Below are positions 1 to 11,700 of a stretch of DNA of 64,000 bases, piece after piece; positions within the stretch are counted from its first letter, which is position 1; the number at the start of each line of letters is the position of its first letter. The stretch lies in the NCBI GenBank assembly GCA_965644315.1, contig CBFFRQ010000077.1:1-64000 (forward strand), read 5' to 3'. Source of the stretch: Caecitellus pseudoparvulus. Lineage: Eukaryota > Protista > Bigyra: Bicosoecida. The notes beneath the pieces were generated by a model, which ran no database searches, was not told the DNA's origin, and saw only the letters and a program-made list of their open reading frames with translations. A program made the translations under genes and the position numbers.

Positions 1-10
1 ACAGCAACGC

Positions 11-1282
11 TTATGAATGGCGAATCGCCCTGAGCAAGACGACTTGCTTGCGGCCTCGGCGGGTGCTTGCTCCGTCCCACACAGCGTCTTTGCCCGGCTG
101 TTCTGCAATGTGCCCCGCAGCCAGCCGTGCGTGCCTGCTTATCGCCCGAGACCCAGTGAGGGCCAACAATTCCCGCAGCAGAGCAGAATGCCCACCTTCA
201 CACGCAAGCCTGAACGCGGCGCCAGGTCCAGCCTTGTCTTCAGCTTGCACATTCGCCGTCTGGTCGCCGGTGAGGGCCAGCAACTCTTGCACAACTCGTG
301 TGTTCCCCCGGTCGCAAGCCCAGCGCAGGGGGGCTTCCGGGCCAACTCTATCGTGTGCGTGCACATTTGCAGCTCGATGGCCTGTGAGTTGTAGGAGCTC
401 TCTCACAACCTCAGTGTGCCCGCCTCCGCAGGCCCAGCGGAGGCCTGCTTCGGGTCCGATGCAATCTCTGGCGTGGACGTCGACCTCACGCTCACCCTCC
501 AGTGCGAGCAGCTCGCGCACGACAGGGATGTGACCTTCTATGCATGCCCATCTGAAGCCAGCCTCGGGTCCGCTCCTATCCCCTGCGTGCACGTCCACTT
601 CTCGCGCCCCAGTCAGCGCGAGAAGCTCTCGGACGATGCCTACATGGCCGCTCTCACAAGCGCTGCGCAGCACAGCTTCGGGGCCATAGCCGTCAGGAAC
701 ATGTACATCGACTACACGGTCACCACTCAGCTTCAGCAGCTCTCGCAGAACGTGCACATGGCCCCGCTTACAAGCACTTCGAAGCGCGTCTTCCTGGCCA
801 CAGTAGCCCTCTGCGTGCACATCCACTTCCCGCGGCCCCGTCAATGAAAGCAATTCCCGCACCACCTCCACATGACCCATTGCACAAGCACTCCGGAAGC
901 CAGCCTCCGGCCACATGCCATCCCCAACATGAACGTCGACTTCGCGCCCACCCTGAAGGGCGAGCAGCTCGCGGACGATCGCAACGTGGCCACGGGCGCA
1001 GGCTTGCCGAAATCCAACCTCAGGCCCAATTCGATCGCTTGTATGTACGTCCACGGCCATGTCGCCGTCCAGAGCGAGCAATGCGCACAACAAGGAGTGA
1101 TTGTTGCAGCGGCACGCCACAACGAAAGCGGCTGAAGTGTCTCTTCTTGTCAACGAGCCCACAATGACATCTGGCTCTTCAAATACCCCTTGCAGCATAT
1201 CCTGTAGGGTGCCATCATCAAACGTGGCACAAGCAGCTGTCCAGTCATCACGGATGCTGGCCTGTAACTCCCCAACCGCCAT
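11..1282 (-). CDS. Ankyrin-like repeat protein with 8 well-conserved 38-aa repeats plus one degenerate repeat
   Basis: Repeat unit VDVHxxDxxGPEAxxRxACxxGHxxVVRELLxLxGxRx. First ATG in ORF 11..1516 is at 1282 (MAVGELQ). Confidence 0.85.
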   Translation of the reverse strand: MAVGELQASIRDDWTAACATFDDGTLQDMLQGVFEEPDVIVGSLTRRDTSAAFVVACRCNNHSLLCALLALDGDMAVDVHTSDRIGPEVGFRQACARGHVAIVRELLALQGGREVDVHVGDGMWPEAGFRSACAMGHVEVVRELLSLTGPREVDVHAEGYCGQEDALRSACKRGHVHVLRELLKLSGDRVVDVHVPDGYGPEAVLRSACESGHVGIVRELLALTGAREVDVHAGDRSGPEAGFRWACIEGHIPVVRELLALEGEREVDVHARDCIGPEAGLRWACGGGHTEVVRELLQLTGHRAANVHAHDRVGPEAPLRWACDRGNTRVVQELLALTGDQTANVQAEDKAGPGAAFRLACEGGHSALLRELLALTGSRAISRHARLAAGHIAEQPGKDAVWDGASTRRGRKQVVLLRAIRHS

Positions 1283-2043
1283 GGCGTGGCGAAGCAATTT
1301 CCGCTGCTGTGGGAAACGAAGCGTATTCTCTTCGCGTGGCCAAGAGGTACTTTGCAGCACTGCAGAGTTAGTTGAATCCAGAACATACAAGAATTGGCCT
1401 GTCGATCGAAATTGGCTGCTGTCAGTCGACCACATTGAACCCTGGTTGCTTGGGAAGATTCTGACGTTTCTTACGTGCTTGCGAGACCACTTACTTGGTG
1501 GCTGATGGCATGACACCGAAGATAAACCTTCTCAAGCGCTGCCCAGATTACGCCTTATCGCCTCATCAGCTGCCAAGCATGTTATTTTTAGCATCAATGG
1601 GCCTTCCACGATCCAGGCATGGAACCAAACACTGGACTGGGCGGAAAGCGTGAAAGAGTCAACAGTCGTGCCTACAGGCTCCATGCCTGGGACGAACCTC
1701 TGCGGCTCAATGGAAAAGGTTCACGGCATGTCTACAGGCCGAGCCACCAGCTTACTTCGCACCCTGTGCATTGTTGACAACTCTCAAAGGCCGCGCCTGC
1801 AACCCATCTGTAACTTTCAGTGGCTCACTCCACAACAACCTGTGCCCACCAGTGGCACGTCGCTTGGAACATGAGACTCGCGCTGAGTTTGACCCCCGCC
1901 ACCATGCAGCACGGTGCTTCTTCAAGCTAACACACGCAACTAGCTAGCAAGCCCGCCAGCATGGCGCGTTCAGACGGTCAATACCGCAGCCCCAAACAGG
2001 TCTGCAGCTGAAAAACTGCGCCGAGCACTGCTTCCCAGCGCAT

Positions 2044-3255
2044 CTACTCGTCGTCCAGGTCGTCCAAGCCGTCCAGATCGTCTTCTTCCCCACCACCTCC
2101 CCCCGCAAACAGGCTTTCGTCCACCACGACGGCTTCCGTGGGCGCAGGCGGTGCAGATGCCGAGGCAGCAGCTGGGACGGCTGCGGCGGCGGCGGCTGCA
2201 GTGCTGGTGGAAGGAGTACCTTCCCCACCCTCCTCCTCATCGGCGCGCTCTGCATAGTCCGCGTCGTCGCCTGCCCCGTCGTCATCGACGAACAGGTCTG
2301 AGTTGGAAATGTAAATCTCCCGCCCACTGAGCCCTTCGTACACATTGGCGCCCTTCTTGCCCTTTGCCGTGGCGCTTGCGATCTTGGCTTCGATTGCGGC
2401 ACGCTCTGCGGCTTTGCGGCGCTCCTGCCACTCTTCAAAGGTCGCCTTCGTCACTGGCACCAGGGATGCACCGTCCAGTGCTTGGCGCTGCTGCTCCACG
2501 ATCTCCTCAATGGACATCTCTTCCTCCTCGGGCTCGTCGGCGTCGTCGATGGCGGCCTGCTTGTCGCGTGCCTTGCGCTGTGCGCGGCGTCCCACATGTG
2601 CCTCCTTCTCAGCGTACACGATCTTCTTCCGGTTGCGCAGAGGCTTCAGACTGCCGCCTCCTGCCGCTGCGGCAGCTGCAGCTGCCTCTGCCTCAGCCTG
2701 CTGCGCCTCGAGCGCAGCACGCTCCTCAGCCTGCTTCTTCTTTGCAGCCTTGAGCAGAGAGGGGTCTGCTCCCAGGAGTGCGGCGAGCTCTTTCGCGGCA
2801 GCGTCGGCTTTCTTCTTTTCCTCCTTGCGCTTGCGCTGAGGTGCAGGCGGCGGGGTGGGCTGTGTGTGAGTGTGGCTCGCGGAGGCACGCCGCAGTCTCT
2901 CACAGTTTCAGCCTCCTTCTTCAGCTGCTCCTTCGTCTTGCGCTGCTGGAACTCGTTCTTCACCTGCTTCGTCACGCTCTGCACAAACCTGCAGAGCGGG
3001 CCAACGCGAGCCAGTGCAACTCTCCCCTCGGTGGCGCACTCGCAGCGCAGGTAGACGCACTGCTGGACCTTCTTTGATTTTTTCTTGTTCTTTAGGCCAA
3101 ATGTCTTGTCCTCCACAATCTGCAGGGAAGGGCAGGCATGCATACTGACCGTGCTCTGGTGTGCCTGCCGCTCCACCTCGAAAGACACGCTGCCGCACCT
3201 TCTTGGCTTGCTTTGCGGCTGTCCGGCTGGACGTCTTATCCTTCTTCTTGGGCAT
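2044..3255 (-). CDS. ZC3H15: ZC3H15/Tma46 (DFRP1)-like DRG-binding protein; exons 3255-3199, 3119-3061, 2988-2904, 2835-2044
   Basis: Spliced product contains IVEDKTFGLKNKKKSKKVQQFV, SIEEIVEQQRQAL, PVTKATFEEW and GLSGREIY..LFVDDD. The three GT-AG introns join in frame. Confidence 0.85.
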
Positions 3256-3621
3256 GGTGAAATCCTTGGCTGTTTTTCGCCTGGAGCTCGCCGAGTGGAA
3301 CGCGGCAGACAACGAAAGGGGGAGCTGTGGTTCGGCTCAATTTCCGCAGATAACACGCCGACGTAGAGCAGTTGCAGCAGCTTGGCCGAGGACAAGTCCC
3401 GTGGCAAAGCCATCGCTGGTGTTTCTGAAAATGATTCCCGCCCTCTACTGCTGGCTCGCAGCACCTTACCCTCCTCCCACTTGCGTGGGCTGCAGACTTG
3501 AACCGACGGCAAAACCAACAATGCCTACACTCAGCGATAGCTCGCTTGCACACCGCCCCTAGCATCCCTCAGGCCCCACCTTGCCGATACATCGGCACTT
3601 CACTCCCCTCCCTCCTTGGCC

Positions 3622-4792
3622 ATGCTTTCCCGAGTCGTTGGGACTGTGCCAGGAGCTGCTACAGCAGGCCTGCGCCGCTTCAGCAGCTCGCCTGCCGCTG
3701 CGGCCAAGGTGAGCGCCTGTTTGCTTGCTGCCCCCGTGGCCACGGGCACACGGCCACATCCCATCTTTCTGCAGGTGGGTTTCATCGGGCTGGGCAACAT
3801 GGGCAAGCACATGGCAGTGAACCTTGTCAAGGCCGGGCACACCCTCAGCGTCTTTGACCGTGCGTGACACGGCCCACCACTCGCCCAGCAAAGCAGCAGG
3901 GCCACACCCATGCCGCCCCAACACGTTACGCCACAGTGGCAGAGGGCCCCGTCTCTGAGCTTGTGTCTGCGGGCGCTGCCAAGGCCGACAGCGCGGCGGC
4001 TGCTGTGGAAGGCGCAGATGCAGTCGTGACCATGCTGCCTTCAAGTCCTCACGTGAAGGACGTGTACCTGTCGTCGGTCTTTCCCGCTGCAGCAGAGGGC
4101 ACACTGTGCATTGATTGCAGCACAATTGACCCCAACACCACCCGGGAGCTGGCAGGCGCGGCTCAGGAGGCAAAGGTACGGAGCGCTGGTGCAGTGCACT
4201 TGCCGCTCAACCACGCCAGAGGGCTTTCCCTTGCACACAGGTGCGCATGGTGGACGCGCCCGTGAGTGGAGGAGTGGGGGGCGCAGAGGCTGGTACCCTG
4301 ACGTTCATGGTGGGTGGCAGCGAGGTGGACTTCGCCTCTGCCTCTGAGCTGCTGGTGAGCATGGGGAAGAACTTGGTGCATTGCGGTGGCGCTGGCAACG
4401 GGCAGGTGGCCAAGATCTGCAACAACCTCGTGCTGGGCATTTCCATGAACGCCGTGTCGGAGGCCATGAATCTGGGCGTGCAGCTGGGCATCGACCCGCA
4501 CACGCTGGCTGGCATCATCAACACGTCCAGTGGCCGGTGCTGGTCCAGCGACACGTACAACCCCCACCCCGGTGTGCTGCCCGGTGTGCCGTCCTCGCGC
4601 GACTACGAGGGGGGCTTTGGCACAGATCTCATGCTAAAGGACATGGGCCTGGCAGCAGATGCCGCCAAGAGCGTCAAGGCTCCCCTGCCGACCGGCGCTG
4701 CTGCCACCGCCATCTACACAGCCATGTCCCAGCACGGCTTGGGGCGGAAGGACTTCTCTGCCGTGTACAAGTTCCTGCAGGGCAACAAGTAA
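3622..4792 (+). CDS. HIBADH: 3-hydroxyisobutyrate dehydrogenase, mitochondrial; introns 3709-3774, 3860-3936, 4176-4240
   Basis: VGFIGLGNMG, IDCSTID, DAPVSGG, AKICNN, SSGRCWSSDTYNP and KDFS motifs. N-terminus resembles a mitochondrial presequence. Confidence 0.95.
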
Positions 4793-4993
4793 TGCAGCTC
4801 CTCCCCCGTGCTCAGCCCTCGCCTGCCCACTTCGCCTTCCCCCCCCCCTACACAGCATGGCGCCGGTGTGAATCCCTTTGCCCAACACGTGCCCCATGCT
4901 TCGCCTCCAAGCCTGCAGAATAAAACCCTCCCCATTTCCAGCACGGCCCACCCACTACTCAAGCGCAGGGCAGCCCCACACTGAGCGGTAGTC

Positions 4994-7900
4994 TCAGGAC
5001 CGGTACGCAATGCGCTTGGATAGGCGCCACAAGTCGGGGGGATTGAAGCGGTCGTACAGCGGCTCGATCTTCTCACGCCGCTTGTGCCGTGAAAGGGTGC
5101 TGGTGTCTGCCTTCTTGAAGTAGCGTGGCGCCAGCTCCACGAGCCACTTGGGGTCGATGACCATCACGGAGCGCATGTACTCCTTCGTGGTCAGGACGAC
5201 TTCGTTGTAGATGCAGTACTGGGGCTGCTTGTTGAACAGCGCTGAGGAAGGGTGCATGAACACGACGGTGCCGTCTGCCAGCGTGCGGTAGCCCTCGGAG
5301 GGGTCCTTCTTGCAGGCATTCTTGAAGTAGCCGGCACAGATGGCTTTGCAGATGAGGTTGTAGTTGCGGCCTGCACTCACAATGTCCAGCTTGTACCTGT
5401 CCATGATGTTGACCAGCTGCTTGCGCACGTCTTGGGCACGGCGCATGGCGCGAGCCTGGACAAAGGCGTCGTGGCACCAGGCGTTGGAGAACTTGGCTGC
5501 TGCCCAGCTGTTGTACACGTTCAGGTAGGTGAGGTGGTCCCCTTCAGGTGCGTGGAACTTGGCCTTCTTCTGGTCAGCAGCAGTCTGCTTGTCTTTGGGG
5601 CGGTGGAAGATGTTCTCCACAGACAGCATGGCCACCACAGTCAGGATCTCCTCGGAGCAGCCGAGGTCCACTGACGTCAGCAGCATCTTGGCGTGAGCTG
5701 GGGCCATGGGGAACTCCGCCATGCGCCGCCCCACCCGAGTGAGCAAGCCCTCGTCGTCCAGGGCGCCCAGCACGTACAGGTGCTCCAGCGCGGCGATGAG
5801 CGTCTGGGGCGGCGGCGGGTCCATGAAGTCAAAGTGCACGAGGTCGTTGATGCCCATGGCCTTCAGCTGCAGCACGACGGATGCGAGGTTTGTGCGTTGG
5901 ATCTCTGGCACGGTCGCTGGCAGCATCTCGTGTTTGAAGGCGTCGTGTGTGAACAGGCGGTAGCACTTGCCAGGGCCAGTGCGGCCTGCACGCCCCGTGC
6001 GCTGTGTTGCGCTGGCTTGCGACACGGGCACCACCACGAGAGCGTCCATGTTGGTCTTGGGGTTGAACACCATTTGCTTGACGAAGCCAGGGTCCACGAC
6101 GTACACGATGCCGTCGATGGTGAGGGATGCCTCGGCGATGTTGGTGGCAATGATGACCTTCCGCCCAAACTTGGGCGCCGGCTCGAAGATGCGCGACTGC
6201 ACTTCGGCAGGCTGGGACGCGTACACCGGGTGGATGACCAGCTCCGGCACCTTGGGGCCCAGCGCCTTCATGCGGTTGTACAGCGTCTCGCAGGCTGTGT
6301 CGATTTCGTCCTTGCCAGTAAGGAAGACAAGAATGTCTCCCCGGGCCTCGTTCAGGTGGATGTCCATGACCGTCGCCAGGGCCTGCTCCACGTAGTCCGT
6401 CACGGGCTCCTTCACGTACAGCACCTCGACGTCAAAGGCGCGCCCTGGCACCTGCAGGCAGGGGCAGTCGAAGAAGTACTTGCGGAACTTGTCGCTTTCC
6501 AGTGTCGCAGACGTGCAGACCAGGCGAAAGTCGCGGCGCCGGCGCAGGAGGTCTTTCAGCAGGCCCATGAGCACGTCCGTGTTCAGGCTGCGCTCGTGGG
6601 CCTCGTCCAGGATCATGACGCTGTAGCGCTTGAGGGAGTTGTCCATGAGGTACTCGCGCATGAGCATGCCGTCCGTCATGTACTTGATGGTGGTCTTGGG
6701 GCTGGTGCGGTCGTCAAATCGCACGGCGTACCCCACTTCCTCTCCCAGAGGACAACCAAATTCCTCTGCCACACGCTCGGCGATGGACATGGCGGCCACT
6801 CGACGGGGCTGGGTGCAGCCAATCATGCCCGTGCGGCCCCACCCCGCCTCAGCCAAGTACTGCGTCATCTGCGTCGTCTTGCCTGAGCCAGTCTCACCCA
6901 CGACAACGAGCACTTGGTGCTGGGCCACTGCCTCCAGAAACGCCCCCCGTAGCTTGGCGATAGGAAGGCTAGCCCGCTGCTCAGCGATGGACGTCGTGGT
7001 GATCTTGCCCATGGAGAAGTTGCCAGCCTCCACCTTGGCCTTCCACTCCGGCACGGCCGCCTGCCCAGACATATTGGCGGTGAGGACGCCCCGCATGTCG
7101 TCTGCCAGGTGCCGGCTGCCAGCCTCGGGCAGCGGGTCCATCCAGCCCCTGTTCAGGTCCTTGGGGATGGCGTCCAGCACTGCCTGCTCCTGCGTCTGCT
7201 TCAGCTCCCGCCGCTCCTTGGCCAGGGCGGACTGCAGCATGGCGGCGCGGTGCAGGGAGCCGTCTGGCTGCGCCACCACTTTCACGGGGGACAGCTCTCG
7301 CGAGTGCTCCGTCTGCCCCGCCAGGAACGGCGCCTCTTCCTCCACGATCTCCACCTCCACCTCCTCCATGTCCTCCCCCGCCCCTGCCAGCACGCCCTCC
7401 TCCTCGTCGAAGTCAGGCATGTCCTCCGGCGCAAGCACGCCGCTGGCAGCCAGCTGCTGCAGCTCAAAGCGCTCCGGACTGGTCAGGCGCTTCATGCGGC
7501 GGGAGTGCTGCCCCAGCTCCTCTGCCCGGACGCGGGACAGGATGTCTGTTTGGGGACCGGCGGAGGCGGCGGGTGGAGCCGCGTACCCTGGCCCTGCACC
7601 GCGCGTCGGCATGAGGTCCCGGCCGTTGGACTGGTCCACGTCTTTCATGCTCAGGCCGATGCGGTTGCCTGCGATGGACAACACCTTCACCCACACCATC
7701 TCCCCCCTGTGCACGACCTGGGAGGGGTGCTCCACACGGGCACCCATGCGCATGGCAGACACGTGCACCATGCCGTTTGCACGGGGGTACACCCCCTGCA
7801 GGTCCACTATGGCGCCAAAGTCCAGCAGGCGAGACACGTTGCCGCGGTAGATGCCGTGCAACTGCACAGGCCCCTCGGGCGCACCGTGGCGTCCGCCTCG

Positions 7901-8554
7901 TCGCTCGTCGGCGCGACCGTACACTGGGCGCCCACTGGCGTCCAGCGGCGGCCGCCCCCCACCTCGCGAAGGGGGTGGCGACCGTGACCTCCCACGCTCA
8001 CCCCTTGCGGCATGCCGGCCATCGTCCTCCCCACGCCGCTCCGATCGGTGTGCCTCGGCACCAACGGCAGCTGAGGCAGCAGTGGGCGGGGCAGCTGCCG
8101 CGGCTGCTGCCGCTTCATCCTCCGCCATCCATGCAGGTAGCTTGTTGGGCATGGCAAGTCCGGGGAATTGGCGGGTCAGTTCATCTCCGTCTGGAGCAGC
8201 GGCGCTGTGTGAGGCCGTTCCACTGCCCGAGCCGGCAGCTGGAGCCGTGGCGCTGCGAACCACCTGCAGCACAGATGCGACGAGGGAATCTGACAGCTGG
8301 ATGCCCTTCTTTGCAAGGAATTTCTTTATTGCTTCAGGGTCTTGCTTCTTCATGCACAGCTTCAGCATGAACTGCGCAGGAGGGAGGGCAGTTGAGTGCG
8401 GAAAATGAGCCTGCGGCACGCAAGTGCCGGCACCCACTTTGGCCAGGCTCTTGTCGCTCAGCCCCATGTGTGTGTCCAGGAGGGAAATAATCTGGGTGAT
8501 GGCTTCCAGCTGGGCGAGTTCGCTCAGCGTCGAGGCGCCCTGGGAGGCCGCCAT
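4994..8554 (-). CDS. DHX8: Pre-mRNA splicing DEAH helicase Prp22/DHX8; probable in-frame intron 8372-8437
   Basis: S1 domain (GMVHVS..IGLSMKDVDQ), RLTSPERFE, GETGSGKTTQ, DEAH, QRTGRAGR and C-terminal IEPLYDRF. Confidence 0.97.
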   Translation of the reverse strand: MAASQGASTLSELAQLEAITQIISLLDTHMGLSDKSLAKVGAGTCVPQAHFPHSTALPPAQFMLKLCMKKQDPEAIKKFLAKKGIQLSDSLVASVLQVVRSATAPAAGSGSGTASHSAAAPDGDELTRQFPGLAMPNKLPAWMAEDEAAAAAAAAPPTAASAAVGAEAHRSERRGEDDGRHAARGERGRSRSPPPSRGGGRPPLDASGRPVYGRADERRGGRHGAPEGPVQLHGIYRGNVSRLLDFGAIVDLQGVYPRANGMVHVSAMRMGARVEHPSQVVHRGEMVWVKVLSIAGNRIGLSMKDVDQSNGRDLMPTRGAGPGYAAPPAASAGPQTDILSRVRAEELGQHSRRMKRLTSPERFELQQLAASGVLAPEDMPDFDEEEGVLAGAGEDMEEVEVEIVEEEAPFLAGQTEHSRELSPVKVVAQPDGSLHRAAMLQSALAKERRELKQTQEQAVLDAIPKDLNRGWMDPLPEAGSRHLADDMRGVLTANMSGQAAVPEWKAKVEAGNFSMGKITTTSIAEQRASLPIAKLRGAFLEAVAQHQVLVVVGETGSGKTTQMTQYLAEAGWGRTGMIGCTQPRRVAAMSIAERVAEEFGCPLGEEVGYAVRFDDRTSPKTTIKYMTDGMLMREYLMDNSLKRYSVMILDEAHERSLNTDVLMGLLKDLLRRRRDFRLVCTSATLESDKFRKYFFDCPCLQVPGRAFDVEVLYVKEPVTDYVEQALATVMDIHLNEARGDILVFLTGKDEIDTACETLYNRMKALGPKVPELVIHPVYASQPAEVQSRIFEPAPKFGRKVIIATNIAEASLTIDGIVYVVDPGFVKQMVFNPKTNMDALVVVPVSQASATQRTGRAGRTGPGKCYRLFTHDAFKHEMLPATVPEIQRTNLASVVLQLKAMGINDLVHFDFMDPPPPQTLIAALEHLYVLGALDDEGLLTRVGRRMAEFPMAPAHAKMLLTSVDLGCSEEILTVVAMLSVENIFHRPKDKQTAADQKKAKFHAPEGDHLTYLNVYNSWAAAKFSNAWCHDAFVQARAMRRAQDVRKQLVNIMDRYKLDIVSAGRNYNLICKAICAGYFKNACKKDPSEGYRTLADGTVVFMHPSSALFNKQPQYCIYNEVVLTTKEYMRSVMVIDPKWLVELAPRYFKKADTSTLSRHKRREKIEPLYDRFNPPDLWRLSKRIAYRS

Positions 8555-8712
8555 CGTGCCGCTGCCCAGAGCTGTGCTGTTGCCGCTGGCTCCTGGCCCA
8601 AATTCCGTGCCCAAGCCCTAGCCCCCAGTGCTGTGGAGGATGCAAGCGAGCCGGGACGTGTGTACCACCCACCACGCCTTCAAGGTCACAGAGTAGATTT
8701 GTTGAGCCCACT

Positions 8713-11700
8713 TCACTGAATGGTGCAGAGCCCGTCCGGGTCTGCCCCCTGCAGCACGCCCAGCACTGTCTCCATGTGGGCTTCCTGCCCCTCTGTCAGC
8801 GCCAAGGTGGCCTCGCGCCCCGTCGCGTCCAGGGCAAAGTCGTCCCCCTCCCACAGACCCAGCTTGGTCAGCTCTGCCTTGAACGCCTCAACGATGTCTG
8901 CCAGCGCCCCCTGCGTCGCTGCACCTTCACCCGTGCCAGCGGCGATGATTTGGATGGTGCCGTCCGCCACCACCTTGGCCGTGAAGGCGGACCCAGCAGC
9001 CGTGACTAGGGCGGAGAAGCCCACGTCTACCTCTCGTGCTGGCGGCAAGGACCGCATGGCGCTGCGGGAGCGCTTGCTGGTGCCGGGGCTGCGGGAGCTG
9101 GGGCGAGGCAAGGCGTCAGGTTCCAGTGCCACCAGCAAATCCTGCAACACCACCAGCAACTCGAACATCTCCACGTCACCACTGGCCATGTCGCCAGAGG
9201 TGCGCACCGTCGCCGCACTGCTGCCCAGGCGCTGCAGCAGCTGGAACACTTCCGTCTGCCACGCTGCCACGCCGCCGCTGCGAAGGGCGGTTTGCCACTG
9301 CGCCGCCGTCCAGACAGCTGTGTGGGCCAGCATGCGCATGGCGGGGTCGCTGCGGCATTCATCGTGGAAGACGACGGAAATGTACGTCAGCAAGGCGGCA
9401 CGCGCCGCATCCACTCCCGCCACTTGCTCGTCACTCCACTTGCCGCCCCGAGACCGGCGCTTGGCACTGCCGGTGAAGCCGGCGGCCGCCACATCCCACA
9501 CCCGCACATCGCGCTTGGCGGTGGTGACCAACTTGCCTCCCGGCAGGGTTGCCACCGTCGTCACGGGCCTGCGGTGCCCCACGAACTGCAGACTGCACGA
9601 GCCGTCCCGCACACTCCACACACGCACCTCCCCGTCAGCGCCCCCCGTCACCAGGCGCCCATCCTGCAACTCCCCCGCTGACAGCACACGCTCGCCGTGC
9701 CCCAGTAGCATGCGCTCCACCTGCCCCCTCTGCATGTCCCACACACGCACGATGCCGTCAGCACACCCCGCGGCCAACTTGCCACTGGACAGAGCAGCCA
9801 GGCACAACGGCGCGGCGCCGGGGTGCTCCGCCGGCAGCACCTTGGAACAGGAACCATCTGAGACGTTCCACACGCGCATAGCCCCCGCCTCATCGGCAGA
9901 CACCAGGGAGCCTTCCTCCAGCATGGCCAGCGCGACGATGGGCGCGCCGTGCCCCTCCAGCTGGTCCACAGCTTCAATGGTCGTGGTGCGCTTGGTGGCC
10001 GCCTGCCGCGCAGCTGCCTCGCGCTCAGCCGCCACGCGCCACGCCCCGCCCTCGTTCACGCCGTGTGTGATGCGCTGCATGTCGGGGCCGTGGGCAGACC
10101 AGCCGCTTTGCGTGGACATGTCCACCACCATCTTGTCACTGTCGTCCAGTTTCTTCACGACGCCGATCTCGCCGTGGCCCACCGAGCCCCAGCCGTGCTT
10201 GGGCTTCTCCACGTCCCCGCGCACTGTCACGCGGTCGCCCACCTCGAAATCCTCAGAGATGACCAGCTGCAGCTCGTGCGTCAAGCCCACCCACCGCTGG
10301 TGCCCCCAGAACTTCACCGTCACCTCATCGCCACTGGCCTCCACCACCGTACCGACGTCGCCGTGGCTCACAGCACCCCAGCCGCGTGAGGGCTTCAGCA
10401 GGTTTGGGTGCACCCTCACGCGGTCTCCAGCCTCGAACGGCCGGTCCAGCACCACCTTCAAGTCTGACGTGGCAGCGGCCCAGCCAGACTGCGCCCGGAA
10501 GCGGCAGTACACTTTGTCGTTACCCGCTAGTTTGGAGATGGAGCCGATGTCGCCCTTCTTCACAGCGCCCCAGCCGAACTTGGGCGTCTCGCACACCGTC
10601 TGGACGATGTCCCCCACATTGAAGCCAGCCGTGGACACGTGCTCCAGCTCACCCACGTCGCCTTCCCAGTCAGCCATGGCGGGGAACTTCACAGTTACCA
10701 CGCCGCTGTCCACCTTGACCACCTGCCCCACATCTCCCCGGCTCGTGCCGCCCCACCCCCGAGACGGCTCCACAACCGAAGCCTTCACCCGCACGTAGTC
10801 ATCCACCTGCAGCACCCCTGCAGCCAGCCGCTGCATCTCCGTTTCGTCCGCAGACCAGCCCTGCTGGGCGGGGAAGTCCACCTTCACCTTGTTGTTGTCC
10901 CGCAGCCACTGCGTCATGACGCCCGAGTGCCCCGCTTTCACTTTGCCCCAGCCGAAGCGTGGCTTCTCGATGCCAGGCTTGACCCGCAGCAGGTCGCCAG
11001 GCATGAGGTGCCGGTCGGCATGCTCCAGCTCGCCCCAGTCGCCGCTCCAGCCTTGCTGGGCATTGTCCCAGTCGATCTTCAGCAGGTTCTTCTCGGGGTC
11101 CACGCTGCGCACCGTGCCGCACATCTGATGCGTTGCGCCGCCAAAGCCGTACGTGCACTCGGCCACGCTGCTCTTCAGGCGCACCCTGTCCCCCACTGTG
11201 AACACGCCGTCCACCACACGCTCCATCTCCTCCGATTTGCAGATCCACCCCTGCTGGTCGGCAAAGTCCACACGCACGGACGTGCTGCTGTCCAGCTTCA
11301 CCACCACCCCCACCATCTTGTGCTTCACGCTGCCCCAGCCGTAGCTTGGCTTCTCAATGCTGTCCTTCACGCGCACCTTGTCCCCAATTTTCAGCAGCTT
11401 CTCGTCGCAGTGCTCCAGCTCTGGTGCTGACGCAGGGCACTGCGGGTTGGACGGGAAGTTCACGATGAGTTTGGAGCTGGTCACGACCTTGGCCACCGTG
11501 CCCACCTCGCTGTGCGTCACGCCGTTGAACCCGAACCGCGGCTGGAACACCTGCGCTCGCAGGCGGACCAGGTCCCCCTCCACAAACTGCCCGATGGGGC
11601 CCCCCGACGTGCCCTGCCCCCCCGCAGCCACTTCTGCACCGTGTTCATCCTTCACCACCGCCTTCCACACACGCACGACGCCGTCGGAGCTGCCTGACGC

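Noticed and set aside
3709-4240. Short introns as introner elements
   Set aside because: The introns I compared share only splice-site consensus. Stop-free 3n introns are expected at this GC content.
8720-10798. Long antisense ORFs (e.g. 8720-10798, 28432-30405, 52936-53985, 56461-57369)
   Set aside because: They are shadows of real genes in high-GC DNA and have no recognisable motifs.
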